Positions 54,935 to 64,000 of a DNA stretch of 64,000 bases are shown here, piece by piece (the stretch's first letter is position 1; each line of letters begins with the position of its first letter). The DNA comes from Lama glama (taxonomy: Eukaryota), in contig CM052816.1 in the NCBI GenBank assembly GCA_028534125.1, forward strand, positions 64,606,001 to 64,670,000, written 5' to 3'. The notes below the pieces were generated by a model. The model saw only the letters and a list, made by a program, of their open reading frames with translations, made no database searches and was not told where the DNA came from. The position numbers and the translations under genes were made by a program.

Positions 54935-55930
54935 TGATATTATAGTATTTTATATTGAAAATTTTGAATTGAAACCAAATAATAAATGTATGTTGACAAG
55001 TTACAAATTTTATTCTTTTTAAAAAGGCATTCACAATAAATCAGTTTCAAAATTTATATCAACTAAATTATGGTTCTCTTTCTTTAAGATACAAATAAAT
55101 TTGACATTTTTTCTGCCCCTGAATTTTCAAATGTAGAAACTTTTCTGGATTAACTTGTTACCTTTTAGTTTTTCCTCCAGTGAGATCAACTAATACAAAT
55201 TCAGTGCCATTTAGGAAGTTACAGTACATTAAAGAAGTGGTAACATTTTGTGACCATTTTATCATAATAAAATTTGCAAGCTGTGTTAAATGTGACACAA
55301 ATCTAGGGGACAGAGTACCTCAATTGCATTTTTACAATGGAATTTAATTTCTGTATAGGTTAAAATTCTGATTCAGAAATAATTTTGGACCAGAAATATA
55401 TTAGGATGAACCATATAAAACCTATGATTATTTTAATAATATGTTAAATTAAATTAATCAGGCTATTGAGAATTATGCTTTCTCAAATCTGTTCATTTTG
55501 AAAGTAATATAAAATTTTGATTGAGACTCGAACAGTTATCTTTAAGTATGAAATACTAGTATTATTTTTAATAGTCATGGAATGATTTTTAAATTAAAAA
55601 TGGAAATAGTATACAAGGCATTTGAAAGGCATTTATTTTAAAATTTTAGTATTAGGCTTATGCATTTAATTGAGTTTTGGTAGCACAGCTTATTCTCCTA
55701 AGGAAAAATTATATTTGGCAAGATTTTTTTCTCTTTTTTTCTGTTTTCCTCTATTTTTATGGTTCTAATTTATATAGCTTATCATAATTCAGATAATCCA
55801 AAGGGATTATTAATTTAAAATATGATCAACTCATATATTTTAAGTATATCAGATATTGTCCTTTAGTATGCTTAAATAACTGTATCATCAAGCATTAAGT
55901 GTATGCTGGATATAAGAACAGATAAACTGA

Positions 55931-56113
<183 letters not shown>

Positions 56114-56629
56114 TAAAGAAATGGATCTATGACATATACTGATGTCTTTCTGTAGATTTAACTTTGTTTCTTGCCTCTAAATCACAGCTTTCTTTTTATA
56201 ATATTTTTCCATTATGTGAACTAGTAATTCTCAACTCAGGACAGCTCACCCTATCTCACCGCCAGCACATTCTCCCCAGTTAGTGGCAAATCACTGCCCT
56301 ACTGAGCCACTGTGCATAATGGGAGTATGCCATATCTTTCAAGTATTTCAAGAAGAATAGAAGATTGGGAACAACTGTCATAAAATTCTGAAGTTAAATA
56401 GTCAAATTTTATACTATATCTGACCTGTAAACAAAATCCAAAATGAATGTTATAGTACCAAAACATATGGCACTTTAATACTGAAATGAATGCATTTTAA
56501 AAGTGCTAGATTCTTATGTGATGATTAATTTTTAGTGCTTTTTTTGAAATTTATGTTTTGGTCCTTAGTAGGTTTACCTATAGTTTAGTAACTTTCAGAA
56601 TAAGCTACCAAGAGCTTATAATTTGATGA

Positions 56630-56890
56630 TAATATTAATAGCCACTGTTTATTGAGAGTTTATGTGCCAGTTACTGCAGTAATAAAATTTAAGATTTAAT
56701 ATATGTGCTGGAGTATAAATATATATGGTCTTGTTTAGTCATCATATCAACACTATGAGGGCAGTGACTGTTACAATGCCCATGTTACACATGAGGAAAA
56801 TAAGACATAAAATTAGGTGACTTGCCTAAGTTTACATAGCTAGAAGGCGACAAAGTTTGACTCTAGATTCCACTCTTACAATGCTGATTA
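56630..56890 (-). mobile_element. MIR SINE
   Basis: aatagccactgtttattgagag..atgtgccag...atgcccatgttacacatgaggaaaataag..gtgacttgcctaag..acatagctag. Confidence 0.7.
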
Positions 56891-57224
56891 TATCCACACC
56901 CCTTAAAGCATTTATTTAATACCTTAAGCTATGTATTAACATTAATTATACTCCTTTCTTTAATCATCCTTTCTAACTATTTCTCTCTTAGGTACTCTAG
57001 GTATCACATTCATCATTAAAAGCTGACTTTACTATAAGGTCAAAATTATTTGTGTTAGATTACCTTAGAGTTTGGTAATCCCTCATATTCTATGTGAAAT
57101 GCTTCTCCATCATATCTTAGGTTAAAAACTCAGGCATTGTGAATTTTAATTTAGAATCTTCAATTTATTATATTGTACCATGCCCCTAATTGGGTCACAC
57201 TTTCCTGTTTTCATTTTCTTCGCT

Positions 57225-57840
57225 TGTTTAATAAATATTTTTGAGTACTTCCTATTTGCCATGCAGTACTATACAGCAGTAAATAAAACATAGAAAGCTT
57301 CTATCCTTGTGAACGTTACATTCCAGGGAGAGAAAAACAGCCATCCATCAATCAATAAAAGTATGTATAGATGGATGGATAAAATATATATTAGGTACAG
57401 TAAGCACTATGAAGAAAAACAAAGCAAGTAAAGGAGCATAGAAAATATGGGGGAGTTGGAGGTAATGTGTTACATAGAGCAGTCAGGCTAGGTCTCACTT
57501 AGAAGATGATATTTGGCTTGTTAGAAGATGATATTTGGCTTGAAGGAAATGACGGAGTGAGCCATCCAACTTCTGGGAGGGATAGCATTCTAGGCAGAGG
57601 AAGGAAATACAAAGACCCTAAGGCAAGAGCAAGTTTGGCATACCCAAGGAACATCTATGTGGCTCTTGTGCTCAACTAGGGTAAGCAAAGGGGAGAAAGA
57701 GTAATAGGAGATAAGAAACAGAAGGAACAGGCCCGAGAGCTTATAGGCTTGTAGGCCTTTGTAAGAGCTTCAGCTTTTTCTCTGGGTGAGATGGAAGGCC
57801 CCTCAGGTTATGAGTGGAGAAGTGACAGGGTCATTTTGGA
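57225..57840 (-). mobile_element. L2 LINE 3' region
   Basis: aataaatattttttgagtacttcctatttgcca-like end; agcattctaggcagagg; cagctttttctctgggtgagatggaaggcc. Confidence 0.75.
57499..57542. repeat. Perfect 22-bp tandem duplication
   Basis: ttagaagatgatatttggcttg occurs twice (57499-57520, 57521-57542). Confidence 0.95.
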
Positions 57841-58198
57841 AAAGTAGGTTGGCATGTGCATCGAAGGTGAATGTGACAGAAATAGTCTTGAATATATACA
57901 TAAATTGTTAATGTGATTTGATTCCAATTTTCTCTCCTTAAAGGTAATACTCATACTCTATGGATTTTTGCTAGTAAGCCCATATTTTGAATAGTGTATT
58001 TAAAATGGATAATATGTTTTAAAAGGACTTGATCAAAGGAAACGTAATTCATGCCAAATGCCTAGAGTGGCTCAGAAACTCGCCTACAAAGAACACTTAA
58101 AGGGATTGGAACATGGATCCCAGAAAAAGTAATTCTCAGGGAACACATACTATCTTCAGATATTTAAAGGGCTGTCAGACAGAATAGGAAATAAATTC

Positions 58199-58698
58199 NN
58201 NNNNNNNNNNNNNNNNNNNNNNNNNNNNNNNNNNNNNNNNNNNNNNNNNNNNNNNNNNNNNNNNNNNNNNNNNNNNNNNNNNNNNNNNNNNNNNNNNNNN
58301 NNNNNNNNNNNNNNNNNNNNNNNNNNNNNNNNNNNNNNNNNNNNNNNNNNNNNNNNNNNNNNNNNNNNNNNNNNNNNNNNNNNNNNNNNNNNNNNNNNNN
58401 NNNNNNNNNNNNNNNNNNNNNNNNNNNNNNNNNNNNNNNNNNNNNNNNNNNNNNNNNNNNNNNNNNNNNNNNNNNNNNNNNNNNNNNNNNNNNNNNNNNN
58501 NNNNNNNNNNNNNNNNNNNNNNNNNNNNNNNNNNNNNNNNNNNNNNNNNNNNNNNNNNNNNNNNNNNNNNNNNNNNNNNNNNNNNNNNNNNNNNNNNNNN
58601 NNNNNNNNNNNNNNNNNNNNNNNNNNNNNNNNNNNNNNNNNNNNNNNNNNNNNNNNNNNNNNNNNNNNNNNNNNNNNNNNNNNNNNNNNNNNNNNNNN
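58199..58698. other. Assembly gap (500 N)
   Basis: Run of exactly 500 n characters. Confidence 1.
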
Positions 58699-58924
58699 AT
58701 ATATATACTGCATTTCCATTATCTGTTCAACTATTGATGTGCACTTAGGATGCTTCCATATCTTGGCAATTATAAATAATGTTGCTGTTAACAGCAGGGT
58801 GTATGTATCTTTTTGAGTTAATTCTTATTTTGTGCTTGGCTTTATTCCTTTGATAACTATGTAAGTTTAAAAAGCTAAAGCTCTAAATGTTCTTAGAAAC
58901 AATGAACACTACATATATGTAAAT

Positions 58925-59456
58925 TAAAAAATGCATATGCAGTAAAAAAATGATCTATCAAGCCATGAAAGACAGAACTTAAGAGACATATTACTAAATA
59001 AAAGAAGCCAGTCTGAAAAGGCTACAAACTGTACAATTCTAAGCAAATGACATTCTGGAAAAGGCACAGCTACAGAAACAATAAAAAGATCGTGGTTTCC
59101 AGGTATTTGGAGAGAGGGAGGGAGGAATGAAAAGATGAAGCACAAGGAAGTTTCAGGGTAATGAAATTATTCTGTATGATACTATAGTGGCTACATGTCA
59201 TTATGCATTTGTCAAAACACATAGAATGTACAACATCAAGGGCGAACCCTAATGTAAACTATGGACTTTGGTTGATAATGTGCCCATGTTGGTTCATCGA
59301 CTGTACCAAATATGCCACATGATGAGGGATGTTGAGGGTAGGGGAGTATATACGTGTGGGGAGGGGGGATGGCTATGTGGGAACTCCATATTTTCTGCTC
59401 AGTTCTGCTGTGAAACTGAAACTGCTCTAAAAGAATAAAGTCTATTAAAAAAAAAA
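58925..59456 (+). mobile_element. L1MC-type 3' UTR with A tail
   Basis: aagaagccagtctgaaaaggctaca..gacattctggaaaaggca..gaaccctaatgtaaactatggactttg..aaactgctctaaaagaataaagtctattaaaaaa. Confidence 0.85.
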
Positions 59457-60326
59457 GGTTTAAGTGGAAGCTTCTATAGATCACTCCTATTTCTCCAATA
59501 TATTTCTGCAAGTGTTTAAAAACAGAACAAAGGTTTAGGGTGAGGAGAAAAATAAAACAATAATTAATAAGTCTCTCCTGATGATCAGTTAGTCTTGAAT
59601 TAGTAATCTTGCAGGTCAAGTGCAAAATCTTGAAGTACAGAACAGAAACAACAAAGCAAATATTTACTGAGCACCTACTATGTGGCAGGAACTGTTTTAG
59701 GATTATAAAAAAAAGGCAAGCAGGAAGGAAAGATAAGACTATGTAGGAGAGATCAAAGTCGACTTTACATGTAATTATTAGGTGATGCAGAGAAGAAAAA
59801 AAAGAGGGGAGAGAAGTAACAATTGAACAAATATTAGAAGAAAATATTCCTGAGCTGAGAAAAGGCTTGAGGCTTTGGATTGAAAGAGCTCACAAGAGGT
59901 CCAGGAAGTGAGGGGGGAGGGGTAGATACCTGATAACATTAAGGATAAAAAGAAAAATAAAGCCCTCAGTTGACAAGCTTTCAGCTATAAAGAATGAGTT
60001 TCCTACAAAGGGAAAAAAAATCAAGCTGGTTTTAGAATCCTAATCTGCAATAATAGAAGCTAGAAGAAAGTGGACATAATAGTTACAGGCTACTGAAATA
60101 AAAGGACTGCAACCCAAGAATCCTACCCAGCAAAATTACCATTTCCTCTGCCAGAGGAAAAGATGATACTCAATAACAAAAGGGTATCACCCAAATCATT
60201 AAGGAAACTATAGTGCACTTCACAATTTTTTACCACTGTACATGTGGCCCTAAAAAGGGCCTGAAAAAAAACTGTGTACATTCACAAAATGGAGTATTGT
60301 GCAGTTAATAAAAAGAAATGACTTAG

Positions 60327-60886
60327 TGTGTTAAAATTTGTAACTGGGATTGGTTCTAAGACATGCAGACATGGAAATGATTGTCATGAAGGATAAAGTT
60401 TATACTCACATATTCCTAGAGCCCGGAGGCACGGCACACCATGCCATGCAGGGCCACATGGAGAAAGGCCAGGACCAGTCAGAAGGCAGAGAGGAGAGGG
60501 CAGAGCATGGCCCAGAGCCTTAACTGGCGTTTTCATGGGAAGGAATGAGTGGGCAGGGCAGGTACACCTAGTAAGTTCGGGACTGGAGAGTCTGAGTAAT
60601 TTCAGTAGATGCTGGGCTACAGGGGTGGCCCCTAGTTGTCTGGTAGCTGGCCCTGGGATAGTTTAGAGCAAGGGGAATACTGGATTGGTGTGTAAGTTTG
60701 ATAAAGGAGATGGTTGAGGGTGTGCACTCTGGATTGGTTGGCTTGCAAATCAAAGGCATTCTCCCAGGGGAATCTTTTGTTATCTCTGGGCATTAGTTAG
60801 ACATGGAAGGGTCAGTGTCGCCAGGACCAAGGCCCCCAGTGCCAGAGTACCCAAAATACAGAAAATAAGAAAATGTAATCAATACA
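60327..60886 (-). mobile_element. Solo ERVL-class LTR (MER74/MER54/MER88-like)
   Basis: TG...CA ends (tgtgtt..aataca). Internal aagtttatactcaca..aggcacggcacaccatgcc..cagggccacatgg..caggaccagtcagaaggcagag resembles this LTR group. Confidence 0.6.
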
Positions 60887-60889
60887 ATT

Positions 60890-63800
60890 GGCTGTGATGC
60901 TTTGGCATCATATTAAGGAATATCTGGGGGGTGATGCTAGTGGAGATTATGAGAGAGTAGAACACAAGCTGTTCTAAACAGTGTGGAAAATATTTACTAA
61001 GAGAATAGAAAGGAAGAACATAAGTAGAGTTGTAAGGAGTCCTTGCAGGCCAGCCCATAACTAGATTTTCTATTCATACGGCATTAACCAAGAAGACAGA
61101 TCTGAAATTCTTAGTCTCCAACAATATCTTAGTGGAGTTTCAAAGTGTGCTAAAAGTATGAGATTATAACATGTCTATTTGTATATCTATCAAGTGCAGG
61201 TCCAGCACTTCTTTTGTTGCAGGGTATTAAATGACATATTAGCAAAGTATATGTAAAGGTTAGTGGTATTGTGTGTAACCAAGGGAAAAGAGTGGTTGTG
61301 GTAATCACAGAGCAGACACAGGATGAGAGTAGGAAAAAGCCTTGTGAAGTAGATGGTCTTCTCCCCAGAGGGCTTGAAGGAGTTGACTGATAGGAGGCAA
61401 ATGCCTCCAGGGAAAACAGTAATCTCCATTAATATTTAGAACACAGATAGCAGTAACCTCCACTAGATTTCCCTTTAGGCATGGGAGTGCAGGGGTGTAC
61501 TCTTTGGCAGAGAACAAGGAGTAGAGCAGGATCATGGGCTAAGCAGACAGTAAGCTCAGAAATGTAATGGGATCCCTAATAACAAAGGGAGAAAAGCAAA
61601 AATGTCCTATGTCCAATTTGTGCCTTAGGAGAGGTAGTCATGGGCGTTGCTGGGGCTCATGCTTTAGTATCAGGGTGAAATCATCTACAACGGTGAGGTC
61701 TTGGACTGGGAAATGTTCTCTGGGATGTGGGTCTGGGGTATCCTTTCCAAGATAGTACCCATCCGAGGTGATGTGGCTCTCAGCATTTGCCGTGTTTGAT
61801 GGAAACAATGGCTTTAGAGGGTTTGGGCTTCCAGACTGTAAATTAATGAAAGCACCCAGACCAGGGGCAATAAGACCAACAGTCAACAGAAAGGTGTAAA
61901 GCTGCACTGACAAGGGTTTTGTTTTTTGGTGGAAGTTTAGGCTCATACAGGTCCCATATCAGATGAGTAGCTGTCTGCTACAGGAGTACCTATTAATTTC
62001 AATTTGGATGTAAAATTTGTAGGTAAAAACTATGTTGCCATCAGAACCCAAAAGTACTAAAAGATGTACCTGTATATCCTAAATGTGTACCAAATGAGTC
62101 TCCTTGGAGAAGGATGTTATCAGTGTAATGTCATACCTGTGCTCCTGGAAGAAGGTGGATGCAGTTGAGATCCTGTCTGCAAAGACTGTGTGGTGGCAAA
62201 GCTGCTAAGGTACCTGATGGACAGTCTGGAAAAGGTGTATTGTGTTCCTTTGAGGCGAAGACAAATTGCAGCTAGAGGCTGGTGAAACAGGCACTGAACA
62301 GAGCATGTTAGCCAAATCTGTAAGAGCAAAATATTTACCAGTTGTTGACTGAATAGAATCAGTAATTTCAATAATATTGGATATAGAGTATGGGGGCCCC
62401 AATGGATGGGACCACATTATTAATGTTGTAGTAATGCATCATAAGGTGCCCTTTTATCTTTTTGTTATAAAATAATCCTTTAGTATATTCATTTAGTGTA
62501 TAAATTTTGGAATGCCAATTGGATCAAATTATAAAACTGTTTTAATATTATATATGTATATATTATTCAATTACCTTTTATTTTCTGTTTCGCTTTTAAA
62601 TCAGTAACTAATCTAGAACTAGCATTATGCTTGCTAGACTGGCATTTGCCTAGTACTTAAAATTTAAACTTTTTGGTTTTTTTCCCCTTGGGTTTGTAGC
62701 CACCTAAAGTCATTTTTCTTGTTTTCTTCCTGTTTCAGGTTTTTGCACCCTAGGTGCAGTCTTTACTTTTTTTTCTGGCTGGTAAGACAAAAAGAGGGAG
62801 GCTGAAGGGGCCAAGTGCATCTAGGCAACTTTCCCCTGGGATGTCCTCTGACCACAGAATAATCAATCCCTTCCTCACACCCACCTTTTTTCAAATTTGT
62901 AGAATGGCTTGAATCTCTAGGTGACTAAAATTTTTCCTTTTTTTTTTTCCCTTTTGGATGTTTACCTGATAAGCTCCTGATGGTTCCGAGTGGCATCTTT
63001 GTAAGCAAAGCCCCCCTTCTCTAGGGTGTCCCAATCAACCTTAGAGGGGCTAAAGTCTACATCTAGGAAAGCAATGGTGGCATCAGCATTAGCATTTACA
63101 TTTTTTGTTTGAGCACAAGACCCTTTGCATGTTGACAATTAGCGGCTCTTAGGAGAGTACACGTACATGGATTAAGTACTTTGCATTTTTAAAATTCATT
63201 GGATCAACTCTTCAGGGTTTTGGTTGGGGGGGTGCTGGAACCAGATGCAGCTTCCCCTTCATTCCCTTTTTTATTAAATATTGAGCCACTGGTCTCCAGG
63301 GATGGGACCTGTTAGACCCTGCTAGGTTGGGAAATAAGTTGCTCATGACAGCAGCAAGTAGGCATAGCAATGAAGCTTGCGACTAGAAGTGTTTGTGGGG
63401 AGCCATGATCTTCTGAGAAGGCCCTCACACCAAACCCACAAATGGTTCACAGCATATGAGCAAGTGTTCAGGTGGAGCCATCTCCTACTGCTTTGAGGAA
63501 CAGGATGGAATTTGACTCAGAAAAGCTCAGAGAGGACAAGAGAAATGGTTTATGCATGCCTCCAGAAGCGTATGTCATTCCAGACACTAGATTCTTCATC
63601 TAAGTGACTCAGATGGCTCTACTGCTTGTCAGCGTTGCCCAGTCAGCGGATTAGACTTGTCCTATGGCAGTAGGAAGGTAGTCACTCCTCATCCCCAGCA
63701 GATGGACCTTTTAAAAATGTAGCCAGTCACCTATAAACCCCAGTGGTTCTGTCCTGGATCTTGAGCTCTCCACCAATGGGGGAAATACACTGAGTGCCCC

Positions 63801-64000
63801 CTTTAGGTTGGGAAATCATGGTAATACCTGACAGGAAAACAACACAATGCAGCAGGCACCAAGCAGCAAGTGCACTAACAACCAGGGGTGCCCTTTCAGG
63901 CAGTGGCCCTTGACTGTCACATCTAGACAATAAGCCAAGATCAGCTCAAAGAATATCATCTACTTTTCGTGCAAATCACCCAGCTCGCTGTGCCAACTGT
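60890..64000 (-). mobile_element. Degenerate ERVL-like internal sequence with a reverse-transcriptase fossil at about 62100-62450
   Basis: Minus-strand remnants GKYFALTDLANMLCSVPV (RT motif A), GTQYTFSRLSIRYLSS (motif B) and HYTDNILLQG (62101-62130, decayed YIDD). Extent outside the RT part is uncertain. Confidence 0.65.

Noticed and set aside
58156..58719. 187-aa ORF
   Set aside because: Artefact of translating the N gap.

Overview
Mammalian genomic DNA, not microbial. Short tRNA-derived SINEs and young L1 3' ends suggest a camelid (inference). The window holds the head-to-head gene pair NDUFAF2 and ERCC8/CSA on a shared CpG-island promoter with 237 bp between the two ATGs. NDUFAF2 is on the minus strand: coding exon 1 is at 25695-25821 and positions 1-25694 appear to be its long first intron. 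ERCC8 is on the plus strand: coding exons 1-9 run from 26059 to 56074, give 281 open codons and all have GT-AG junctions. ERCC8 exons 10-12 are not visible, and there is a 500-N gap at 58199-58698. The rest is intronic and dominated by transposon fossils (L1, L2, L3, MIR, hAT, Tigger, ERVL). Nearly all ORFs in the supplied track are spurious or repeat-derived. I found no convincing new biological system. The best second-look items are: an open intron-6 read-through tail in ERCC8, an ~88-bp local duplication enclosed by a perfect 17-bp inverted repeat next to a candidate poison exon, a TSD-flanked 28-nt U6 retro-fragment, an overlapping upstream ATG in ERCC8, and several unusual nested retrotransposition structures. 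Repeat family names and comparisons with human come from recall, not a database search, and repeat boundaries are approximate.
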